Assembly: GCA_021812305.1 (NCBI GenBank)
Contig: JAKAOB010000001.1
Coordinates: forward strand, 1-51,234
DNA: 51,234 bases
Direction: 5' to 3'
Source of the DNA: Thermoplasmata archaeon
GTDB taxonomy: Archaea > Thermoplasmatota > Thermoplasmata > Lutacidiplasmatales > UBA184
Shown here: piece after piece, positions 9,433 through 17,546 of the stretch
Numbering within the stretch: the stretch's first letter is position 1
How the letters are laid out: each line of letters opens with the position of its first letter
The notes under the pieces: model-generated
Seen by the model: only the letters and a program-made list of their open reading frames with translations
Told to the model about the DNA's origin: nothing
The model's database searches: none
Position numbers and translations under genes: made by a program

Positions 9433-10220
9433 GCCGCGGACGCGAACGGATCGGGGTGATCGGCGGGTCGGGCATCGGCGAGTTCCTCGGGGGCGCCACG
9501 ACGGCCGTCCACCGGGTCTCGACTCCCTACGGCCCGCCGTCGGCCCCCATCGAAGAGGTCCGGGTCGGCGACCGCACGGCCCTGTTCCTTCCGCGCCACG
9601 GGGTCGGGCACACGATCCCGCCGCACCGCGTGAACTACCGGGCCAACATCGACGCCCTGTGCTCCTTGGGCGTCGAGGCGATCGTGACCGTGAGCTCCGT
9701 CGGCTCGCTGGCGGAGGGGCTCCCGCCGGGATCGTTCGTCCTGCCGACCCAGTTCATCGACTTCACCCGCCAGCGGCCCACCACGTTCTTCGACGGAGGG
9801 AAGGTCTTCCACGTCTCGATGGCCGATCCGTTCTGCCCGGACCTGCTCGGCCTCGCCACCGAGGCCGGGCGCGCGACGGGCCACCCCTTCGCGACGGGAC
9901 GGACCTACCTGTGCGTCGAGGGCCCGCGGTTCTCGACCCGGGCCGAGTCGCGCTATTTCCGCACCCTCGCGGATGTGATCGGCATGACGTTGGTCCCGGA
10001 GGTCACGCTCGCGCGGGAGCGCGGACGTTGCTACGCCTGCCTCGCGATGGTCACGGACTTCGACGTGTGGGCCGACACCCCGGTCGAGGCCCGCCAGGTC
10101 GTCGAGACGATGCGCCGCAACGTCGGAGGGATGCGCGAGGTGCTCTCCGATCTGCTGCAGCGGATGGCCGCGCCCGTCACCTGCCGCTGCGCCCACGCGC
10201 TGGACGAGGCGGGGATCTGA
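9429..10220 (+). CDS. mtnP: S-methyl-5'-thioadenosine (purine nucleoside) phosphorylase
   Basis: IGVIGGSG, RHG..HTIPPH.VNYRANI, EGPRFSTRAES, IGMT, VTDFD. Confidence 0.92.
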   Translation: MSRGRERIGVIGGSGIGEFLGGATTAVHRVSTPYGPPSAPIEEVRVGDRTALFLPRHGVGHTIPPHRVNYRANIDALCSLGVEAIVTVSSVGSLAEGLPPGSFVLPTQFIDFTRQRPTTFFDGGKVFHVSMADPFCPDLLGLATEAGRATGHPFATGRTYLCVEGPRFSTRAESRYFRTLADVIGMTLVPEVTLARERGRCYACLAMVTDFDVWADTPVEARQVVETMRRNVGGMREVLSDLLQRMAAPVTCRCAHALDEAGI

Positions 10221-10224
10221 CCGG

Positions 10225-10443
10225 TCAGGCGCTGCGGGGGCCGCGGCGCACGTTGATCGGGATCACCCGGGCCCCGAACTCCCGTTCGGCGATCTCGACC
10301 GGGTCGATGAGCGTCGGGGGAACATCGATGAGGATGGGGGCGCCGAGCGAGATCTGGAGCGCCCGCGCCCCGAGGATGCGGGCGCGCTCGAAGCGCGTGT
10401 AGCCGTCCTCGGCGCCGATGGTCGCCGGGGCCCGGTCGCTCAC
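10225..10443 (-). CDS. rpoK: DNA-directed RNA polymerase subunit Rpo6/K
   Basis: [22 protein letters not shown]; start placed at GTG 10443 (the ORF track extends to 10497). Confidence 0.93.
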   Translation of the reverse strand: MSDRAPATIGAEDGYTRFERARILGARALQISLGAPILIDVPPTLIDPVEIAEREFGARVIPINVRRGPRSA

Positions 10444-10587
10444 GTCCGCACCACTCAGGGCCGCGAGGGCAGGTGCGGCCGTCAAGGGCTCGCCCACTCG
10501 GGGCTAGGTATTTACCCTTTGCGCGGCGGCACGCGATGCCGGCCCCGGAGGGCTCGGGCGGTACCCTCCGGGCCGGCCGCGTCGCGC

Positions 10588-11460
10588 TCAGTCGCCGGTG
10601 ACGTCGAGGAGGAACTCGCGGATCGCCCCGAGGAACTCCCGCGGCTGCTCGAGCTGGCCGAGGTGGCTCGACCGGGGGAGGACCCTCAGGTGGGCCGGCA
10701 CGATGCGGTCCGCCATCTCTCGCGCGGCCTCGAACAGCGAGTCGTAGCGCCCCGTGAGGACGAGGGTCGGTACCTCGATCTGGGAGTAGTACCGGCGGCC
10801 GTCCCACCGAGCGAGGGTGCCGTCGACGGCGAACTCGTCCCCGGTACGGGTCATCATCGTCCGGTACACCTCCTTCGAAAGCCGGGCCGCCTTGAGGTCA
10901 CGCGGTCGGCTGTCGAGGAACCGCTCCGAGAACGGTCGGACGATCTCCGTCGCGAGCGCCTGGTACCCCGGCGCGTCGAACGCCTTGCGCTTCGTGAGCT
11001 CGCGCAGGCGTTCCCGTTGACGGGGGGTCGCGGCGGCCAGCACCATCCGGTTCGCCGCGCGCACCTCGGCGGCGCTGCCGGCGGTGTGGCAGAGGAGCAG
11101 CGAGGTGAGCTGGGCGGGATGGCGATGCGCGTACTCGAGGGCGACGAACCCGCCCGCCGAGAACCCGAGCAGGTGGAGCTCGTCGATGTCGAGCGCGCGA
11201 CGGATCGCCTCGACGTCCTCGGCCAGGTTGGGAACGGTGTACGTGCTCGGCCGCTTCGGCCGCCACGACCCACCGACCCCTCGGGGGTTGAACAGGACGA
11301 CCCGGAGGTGGGCGTTCGCCAGCTGGAGAAGCGGGCGCAGGTAGTGGTAGGTGTACCCCGGTCCGCCGGGGTGCACGAGGAGGGTCGCCGGCCCCTCCCC
11401 CTGGGCCACGTACTCGAACCCGCGACGGCCCTCGACCGTCACGCACCGTACGCGGGCCAT
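10588..11460 (-). CDS. Alpha/beta hydrolase, proline iminopeptidase (tricorn factor F1)-like
   Basis: HPGGPG, GFSAGG nucleophile elbow, GRYD, SSHL. Confidence 0.82.
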   Translation of the reverse strand: MARVRCVTVEGRRGFEYVAQGEGPATLLVHPGGPGYTYHYLRPLLQLANAHLRVVLFNPRGVGGSWRPKRPSTYTVPNLAEDVEAIRRALDIDELHLLGFSAGGFVALEYAHRHPAQLTSLLLCHTAGSAAEVRAANRMVLAAATPRQRERLRELTKRKAFDAPGYQALATEIVRPFSERFLDSRPRDLKAARLSKEVYRTMMTRTGDEFAVDGTLARWDGRRYYSQIEVPTLVLTGRYDSLFEAAREMADRIVPAHLRVLPRSSHLGQLEQPREFLGAIREFLLDVTGD

Positions 11461-11753
11461 AGCGCGTGCATGGACTCCTCGGCTTAATCTTCATTCCGTC
11501 GACCGCCCGCGGCCCCGGCCGACGCCGCGGCGCGGCGCGCGGGCGCCGATCCGCGCCTCGGAATTGGACGCAGGATAAAATAGACGGACGACCACGATAC
11601 GCCGACCCGGACCCGGCGTGTCCGAGGTCGACCCCCACGGTCGTGCGAGAATCCCCCGTAAGCCCGCACCCGCCGGCCTTCCCCCGGAGCCCGCCCCCCT
11701 CCCGGGGCGATCGTGCGATCCCTCGGGGACCGTTGACCCTTCCGGGGCGATCG

Positions 11754-13238
11754 GTGGACGCCCGGCGCCGGTGGAGGCGGGCGCTTCGGACGTCGAGCGG
11801 GGAGCACCCGACCTGGACCCTCCTGGTCGCGATCGTCCTTGCGGTCCCGCTCCCGGTCCTCGCCGTCGCCGCTCCGCCGAGGGCGGGTCCCGGCACCGGG
11901 CCGGCACCGGCCGCCCGATCGGCCGCGCTGCCCCAGGGGGTTCGGATCGTGGCCGCGACGGCGACGCTCGGAGGGTACCTGGGAAGCCACGGGTCGAACG
12001 CGTTCTGGGGGATCGAGTTCACCGACGACTCCACCCCGACGCGGGCGCTCGTGGCGGTCGGCGACTACCTCAACACCACCCCGATCAGCTGGTTCCGTTT
12101 CGGGGGCGACGGGTCCGCGTACGACCCGACGACCAGCACGCTATACTCGCCTCCCAGCAACGGGACGGGGACGTACGTCGCGGCCACGGAGCAGCTGTGG
12201 AACCTCACCTGGTTCCGCAGCTTCTGCCTGACGCGTCCTACCTGCTACTGGCTCTCCTCGCTGCCCGGGGAGGAGAACAACACGCAGGCGGCGGTCCACT
12301 ACGCGAAGTGGTACCACAACGTCCTCGGGTTGGTCCCGACGCGCTGGGAGTTCGGCAACGAGCCGTCGCAGTGGACCGACTTCGGGATGAACATCACCAC
12401 CTGGTCGACCTCCGCGTCCCTCCACCCCACCGGACCGGGATACGCCGCGATGGTGCGCGCCTACATTCGCGTTGTCTCCCGGTGGTTCCCGGGCGACCAG
12501 TACATCGGGCTCGAGGCCGCGTGCGCGTGCAACCGGCTCCTCGCGGAGGACACGGCGGCGACCGACGGGGCGACCGTCTCCTCGGTGGCGTACCACAGCT
12601 ACCCGACGATCCCGGGGTCGAACACCTCGCTCAGCCAGTTCTACGGGACCCTCCAGTCCCGCGCGAACATCACGACGACGGCCGCCCGCTTCCGCGCGAA
12701 CGTGGCCCTCGGGTGCGCGACCTGCACCGACATCCCGATCGACCTCGGAGAGTACCAGGCCGGTCCGTTCCATGCGTTCAGTCCGTTCACGCAGACCTAC
12801 GCCGGCGCTCCGTGGCTCGCGGCGTCGGCGATCCAGGCCCTCTACCAGAACCTGTCGATGTTCACCGTCTTTGACTGGAACGCGCTCTACAACGCCTCGA
12901 CCTCGAACGTCACGTGGGAGGGCAAGCTCTACCAGCGCCTGCTCCCCAACCTCACGATGGGCCGCGACTATGCCGTGAACGTGGCGGCGCCGGGCGTCGG
13001 GGGCGTCGAGGCGCTCCTCACGGTGAACGGAACGCACGAGTCGTTGCTCGTGGTGAACACGAACACGACCCAGGCGCTCAACCTTTCGATCGTACGGGCG
13101 CTCTTCCCCGTCGGCGCGCTCGGCTCGTACTGGACCTGGGCCCCCGGTCAAGGCCTGCCCCTGGCCCATCGCAACGTGCGGCTGGCGACCAGCTACCTCG
13201 TTCCGGCCCAGGGGATCCTGCTGCTCGACAACTACTGA
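11754..13238 (+). CDS. Secreted or membrane-anchored clan GH-A glycoside hydrolase-like protein
   Basis: Arg-rich then hydrophobic N-terminus; RFGG, WEFGNEP, YHSYP, LGEY; C-terminal beta domain (LLVVNTN); start uncertain. Confidence 0.7.
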   Translation: MDARRRWRRALRTSSGEHPTWTLLVAIVLAVPLPVLAVAAPPRAGPGTGPAPAARSAALPQGVRIVAATATLGGYLGSHGSNAFWGIEFTDDSTPTRALVAVGDYLNTTPISWFRFGGDGSAYDPTTSTLYSPPSNGTGTYVAATEQLWNLTWFRSFCLTRPTCYWLSSLPGEENNTQAAVHYAKWYHNVLGLVPTRWEFGNEPSQWTDFGMNITTWSTSASLHPTGPGYAAMVRAYIRVVSRWFPGDQYIGLEAACACNRLLAEDTAATDGATVSSVAYHSYPTIPGSNTSLSQFYGTLQSRANITTTAARFRANVALGCATCTDIPIDLGEYQAGPFHAFSPFTQTYAGAPWLAASAIQALYQNLSMFTVFDWNALYNASTSNVTWEGKLYQRLLPNLTMGRDYAVNVAAPGVGGVEALLTVNGTHESLLVVNTNTTQALNLSIVRALFPVGALGSYWTWAPGQGLPLAHRNVRLATSYLVPAQGILLLDNY

Positions 13239-13270
13239 GCCGCTGCCGACCCCGCCGGGCATCGGTTCGA

Positions 13271-13352
13271 CGTCCGCCGGCCGTCGGGTCCCTCCGGGGA
13301 CGAGAACCTCGCGGCCCGGCGACCATTACCTCCGGGGACCCGAGGGCGGACG
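13271..13352. repeat. Long imperfect inverted repeat between convergent genes
   Basis: CGTCCGCC 13271-13278 / GGCGGACG 13345-13352, and TCGGGTCCC 13284-13292 / GGGACCCGA 13335-13343. Confidence 0.5.
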
Positions 13353-13426
13353 CTCCCCGCTTCCGGTCGGCCGGAGCCGCCCCCGCCCAGAAACGGCCCT
13401 CCCCGGGTGCCTGGACCGCGCTCGGC

Positions 13427-13570
13427 CTACCGCAGTGCCGTAGAAGGCGGAGGGCAGGTCGCGCAGCACGATCCCCCCACCGAGCAGCACGCGCAGCACC
13501 GGCAACAGCCCTGGGCGCAGGTACAGCAGGAACAGGAGATGCGGTTCCCTGTCGGGTCGGTCCCGTGCAT
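13427..13570 (-). CDS. Small cysteine-rich peptide (47 aa, 13 Cys)
   Basis: MHGTDPTGNRISCSCCTCAQGCCRCCACCSVGGSCCATCPPPSTALR; promoter-like GAAGGG-TCTTTCT about 27-33 nt upstream; alternative ATG at 13585. Confidence 0.62.
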   Translation of the reverse strand: MHGTDPTGNRISCSCCTCAQGCCRCCACCSVGGSCCATCPPPSTALR

Positions 13571-13797
13571 GTCGCCCGGAGCCATGATGGGTCGGGAGAA
13601 AGACCCTTCGGGGCGTTCCCTTTCCGGCCGCGCCGCGTCGATACCGACCTGATCAACGGCCGCGGCGCGCCGATGCGCGGTGTCGGGCGCACGGTCCCCC
13701 GATGCAGGTGGAGGGGCATGGCCACGAACGGCGGGATGCGGGCCCCTGGACCGCACCGCTCACCGGCAGAAAGTGGCCCGGGGGGCAACCGGGGCGA

Positions 13798-13871
13798 TGC
13801 GGGCACCGGGATTTGAACCCGGGTTATAGGCTTGGCAAGCCTATGTGATAACCAGACTACACTATGCCCGC
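13798..13871 (-). tRNA. tRNA-Gly(GCC), no intron, CCA not encoded
   Basis: GCGGGCA/TGCCCGC acceptor stem; TAGGC-TTGCCAA-GCCTA anticodon arm; CCGGG-TTCAAAT-CCCGG T arm. Confidence 0.97.
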
Positions 13872-13916
13872 GCGGCCCGCGAGATCCAGGACCGGCGGCG
13901 CGCACTGGGTCTCTCC

Positions 13917-13956
13917 ATATAAGTGATGCTCCGGAACCGCCCGGCTCCGGGTTATA
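13917..13956. promoter_or_regulatory. Divergent TATA boxes for tRNA-Gly (minus) and trmI (plus)
   Basis: TTATAT on minus at 13917-13922; TTATA on plus at 13952-13956. Confidence 0.6.
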
Positions 13957-14004
13957 GGCGCACCCCGCAGTTCCCGCCGAACCGAGGATCGGGGGCCGGC
14001 ACCG

Positions 14005-14781
14005 ATGGAACCGCTCAGGGAGGGGGAAACGGTCGTCCTCCGGCGTCGAGGGGGACGGTCGCTCCTCGTCGAGCTCCGCCGGGGGCCCCAGGCGATCGAC
14101 GGCCAGGGCGTCCTGGATCTCAGTGCCCAGGTCGGAGCGGCCCCCGGGGCCACGGTGAGCTGGGCCGGGGCGGAGTACGTCCTGCTGCGGCCGTCGCTCT
14201 CCGACCTCCTCGGCCTGCTCCGGCGGCGCGCGCAGATCGTCACCCCGAAGGACGCGATGTACCTGCTCTACCTGGCGGGCGTCGGTCCGGGGAGCCGCGT
14301 CGCGGAGAGCGGGGCCGGCAGCGGTGCGCTCACGACGGTCCTCGCGTACGCGGTGGGCCCGGGAGGTCGCGTCTTCTCCTACGACCGCCGGTCGGATTTC
14401 CTCGAGGTCGCCCGCCGCAACGTCGCGCGGTGTGGCCTGTCCGACCGTGTCGAGTTCCGGGAGCGCGATGTCGCGGCGGCCGGGTTGGACGAATCGGATC
14501 TGGATGCGCTGATCCTCGACCTGCCCGAACCGTGGGAGGTCGTGCCTCGCGCGGTGGGGGCGATCCGACCCGGCGGGGCGATCGCGGCCTACGTCCCGAC
14601 GTACAACCAGCTTGAGCGAACGGTGTCCGCCTTTCGCTCGGCGCGCCTCGAGGAGATCCGGAGCGTCGAGCTGATCGAGCGCGCCCTCCATGTGGGGGAA
14701 GGCGGGACCCGCCCCGAGTTCGAGATGCTGGGCCACACTGGCTTTTTGATGGCCGGTCGGAGGGTCGCGGGACCGTGGTGA
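14005..14781 (+). CDS. trmI: tRNA (adenine-57/58-N1)-methyltransferase
   Basis: AQIVTPKD, ESGAGSGALT, LDLPEPW, YVPTYNQ, RP..MLGHTGFL. Confidence 0.93.
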   Translation: MEPLREGETVVLRRRGGRSLLVELRRGPQAIDGQGVLDLSAQVGAAPGATVSWAGAEYVLLRPSLSDLLGLLRRRAQIVTPKDAMYLLYLAGVGPGSRVAESGAGSGALTTVLAYAVGPGGRVFSYDRRSDFLEVARRNVARCGLSDRVEFRERDVAAAGLDESDLDALILDLPEPWEVVPRAVGAIRPGGAIAAYVPTYNQLERTVSAFRSARLEEIRSVELIERALHVGEGGTRPEFEMLGHTGFLMAGRRVAGPW

Positions 14782-15536
14782 ACGGCGCCGTCGCCCTCGG
14801 CGGGATAGTCGGGGTGCTCCTCTCCGGGGCGTTCGTCTACTGGGAGATCGGCCGGTTCGCCGCCCCCCAGGTTCCCCAGTCGCTCTTCGACGAGCGGCGC
14901 GAGCTGTTCGCCTACACCGCGGGCTTGTTCGTCGGGGTCCCGATCGCCTTCGTCTACCTGCTCCTCACCGCCGCCGTCGCCAACGCCGCCCTCATCTCGG
15001 CGATCGTCGATCTCGCGATCCTGGTCGTCGCGACGGAGCTGGCCGAGTGGGCGCTGGCCCGCAGCCACTACTTCGGCCGGAACGAATCGACCCCCCTCTA
15101 CGCCCTCGGCTTCCGTGCGGCCGTCGGTGGCATCGTGGTCGTCGCCGCGGTCGCGGGCTACCTCGGAAGCCCGACGCTCAGCGCCGCGGGCCTGGTCGCC
15201 GTCGCGGCGGGGGCCATCGCCCTGGTGTCGCTCCAGGTGGGGGGAGCCCTGCTCTCCCTGCCCCGGGCGCCCTGGGCACCGACGGCCCGGGGCGGACCCG
15301 TCTCGGGCGCGGCCGTCGGGGCGGCGGCCTACGGGGTGCTCGTCCTCGGGGGCACCCTGGGGGCCGAGGGGGCGATCGCCGCCGCCCTGCTGGTCGTGGC
15401 GGGAGAAGCGGGGGTGTACCGGCGCCTTCGTCGGCGCATCCTCGATCCCCGTCTCACGGCGCCATCGAAGAAGGAAGAAGGGGAAGGGGTTCCACCCCCC
15501 GCGGAGCGGGGGGGGTTCGGCCGGACGGATCGCTGA
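14775..15536 (+). CDS. Multi-pass membrane protein, unknown function
   Basis: About 7 hydrophobic segments; overlaps the trmI stop. Confidence 0.7.
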   Translation: MVNGAVALGGIVGVLLSGAFVYWEIGRFAAPQVPQSLFDERRELFAYTAGLFVGVPIAFVYLLLTAAVANAALISAIVDLAILVVATELAEWALARSHYFGRNESTPLYALGFRAAVGGIVVVAAVAGYLGSPTLSAAGLVAVAAGAIALVSLQVGGALLSLPRAPWAPTARGGPVSGAAVGAAAYGVLVLGGTLGAEGAIAAALLVVAGEAGVYRRLRRRILDPRLTAPSKKEEGEGVPPPAERGGFGRTDR

Positions 15537-15545
15537 GCCGGGTCG

Positions 15546-16016
15546 CTACGGCAGCCCCGAGATCACCTTGATGTTCATCAGCAGCGAGAACATCAGCCAG
15601 ATGCTGAGGACGACGAGGACAACGTTCACCCAGCGGTCGGCGATGACCCAACGGACGTCCTCCGGACGGCCGGAGACGGGGTTCTGGAGTCCCCAGTGGA
15701 GCTTGAGGCCCGCGGCGCCCCCGAGGAAGAACAGGGCGATCGTCCAGATGATCTCCGAGGCCAGGATCGCGTTGGCGTCGCTCGCGGCGTACCCCGTGCA
15801 GCTCGCGGGGGTCGTGATGCACCCGCCGGGAACATTGCCGAAGGACACGGCGATGATCGTTCCCACGAAGAGCAGGACGAAGCCGAGGATCCGACCCCAC
15901 AGCGCGAGGAGGGGGATCAGCGACGATCGGGGGATCAGGGGCTGCGCGGCGGTCGGCATCCAGACCGGCGGAGGGGCCGACGGGGACGGCGGCGCGGGGG
16001 GCAGCGAGGTCGCCAT
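15546..16016 (-). CDS. Three-TM membrane protein with Pro-rich N-terminus
   Basis: ATG 16016 about 27 nt after GATTAAG; hydrophobic segments; C-x6-C loop. Confidence 0.68.
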   Translation of the reverse strand: MATSLPPAPPSPSAPPPVWMPTAAQPLIPRSSLIPLLALWGRILGFVLLFVGTIIAVSFGNVPGGCITTPASCTGYAASDANAILASEIIWTIALFFLGGAAGLKLHWGLQNPVSGRPEDVRWVIADRWVNVVLVVLSIWLMFSLLMNIKVISGLP

Positions 16017-16151
16017 GCGTATATCTCCGTCGGACCCCTTTCTTAATCCTTCGCCTGAGATGGAAAGTCGTTCGTCGGCGGCGTAAGCCCCGACCGGGGG
16101 GCCCCGGCCCGTCCAAAACTTCATAGGAGGCCGGACCTCCCGGCCCCCGAC

Positions 16152-16577
16152 ATGGCCCAGGAGGGGGAGGCGCTACCGCTCGGCAGCCGCCTCCGCCGCG
16201 CCCTCCGCCAGCAGCGGTTCCTGCTCTCGGGGGTCGTTCTCGCCGCCGGGATCCTTCTCACGGTGCTCGCGATCGGGGACTTCACCCCCCTGTCGTCGAC
16301 GTCGCCGTTCCCTGCGATCAACGCCGTCACCGACACCCCGACCGCGAACTACAACCTGGTCTTCGTCATCGTGGGCCCGATCGTCATCATCATCGGCGCC
16401 TACCTGGTCGGGGCGTACTATCTCGCCCGCCACCGCTTCGAGCACCTGATGAAGACGAAGAGCAAGGCCGAGTTCCTCCGGAACCTCCCCGAGGTCGAGG
16501 ATCTCCTCTGGGACCTCACGCCCGAGGACGAGCTCCGGTACGAGGACAAGAAGGTCGAGCTCCGCATCCGCCGGTAG
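16152..16577 (+). CDS. DUF3198-like membrane protein
   Basis: Two TM segments followed by RFEHLMKTKSKAEFLRNL.EVE.L..L. Confidence 0.7.
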   Translation: MAQEGEALPLGSRLRRALRQQRFLLSGVVLAAGILLTVLAIGDFTPLSSTSPFPAINAVTDTPTANYNLVFVIVGPIVIIIGAYLVGAYYLARHRFEHLMKTKSKAEFLRNLPEVEDLLWDLTPEDELRYEDKKVELRIRR

Positions 16578-16620
16578 GTTCCGGGCGTCGGGTTAAGTAC
16601 CGCGCCCGGGTGGTCGGCCC

Positions 16621-17517
16621 ATGGCCGTCGCGTCGCCGACGGGGGCCGACGCGTTCCGCTTCCGCCGGCTCGACAAGCCGGAGGAGTTCCGCGGTGTCGA
16701 GGAGATCCAGCGCGGGGCGCTGGGTCTGGGATCCGAGCCACCGGTCCCCGGGTCGCTCCAGCGGGCGATCCAGGACCACGGCGGGCTCGTCCTCGGGGCG
16801 TTCACGGACATCTACCTCGCCGGCTGCGCGGTCGGCCTCCTGGGCTGGGACGGCGAGCGCCTCTACCACTACTCCCACTTCCTCGGCGTGCGCCCCGAGT
16901 ACCAGAACCACCACCTCGGCTACCGGCTGAAGGCGTTCCAGCGGGACGTGGTCCTCCAGCAGGGGCTGCCGGAGATCCGCTGGACCTACGACCCCCTGTC
17001 GAGCCGGCTCGCCCATCTCTACCTCCGGCGCCTCGGGGCGGGGGTCACGGGCTACCTGCTCCACCACTTTGGTCGGCTCGCCACGGCCCGGGACGAAGGG
17101 CTCGAGACGGATCGGCTCTCGGTCACCTGGACCCTCGCCGCGCCGCCCGTCGAACAGCGCCTCGCCGGCCGCCTCCCGACCCGCGAGGAGGACGCGCGCC
17201 GCTGGCGGGCCGCGACCGCGATCGTCGAGACCGAGCCCGGGGACAGCGGCATCCGGCGCCCGACCGCGGTCGCCGAGCCGTCCACACCATCGGCCCACCT
17301 CGAGGTGCCGTTCGACCTCGACCTCGTCCGGGAGCACGAACCGGCCTCGCTCCGCCCCTGGCGTCACGCCGTGCGCGACGCCTTCCGCCTCGCCCTCGAC
17401 CTGGGCTACCGCGTCGACGACTTCGTCGTCGTCTCGGCGGAGCACGAGCGACGGGGCTTCTACCTGCTCGAGCGGGCCGGGGACGGGGGCACGGCGGCGC
17501 GGGTGAAAGAGGGATAA
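16621..17517 (+). CDS. GNAT-family acetyltransferase
   Basis: HYSHFLGVRPEYQ..LGYRLK.FQR, IRWTYDPL, TDRL.V.W. Confidence 0.82.
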   Translation: MAVASPTGADAFRFRRLDKPEEFRGVEEIQRGALGLGSEPPVPGSLQRAIQDHGGLVLGAFTDIYLAGCAVGLLGWDGERLYHYSHFLGVRPEYQNHHLGYRLKAFQRDVVLQQGLPEIRWTYDPLSSRLAHLYLRRLGAGVTGYLLHHFGRLATARDEGLETDRLSVTWTLAAPPVEQRLAGRLPTREEDARRWRAATAIVETEPGDSGIRRPTAVAEPSTPSAHLEVPFDLDLVREHEPASLRPWRHAVRDAFRLALDLGYRVDDFVVVSAEHERRGFYLLERAGDGGTAARVKEG

Positions 17518-17546
17518 GGCACCGACCGACTCCCGGGGAGGCGCGC

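Noticed and set aside
13407..13652. Gln/His-rich plus-strand ORF opposite the Cys-rich peptide
   Set aside because: Its CAG/CAC richness is the mirror of the TGC repeats; no promoter-like element or motif
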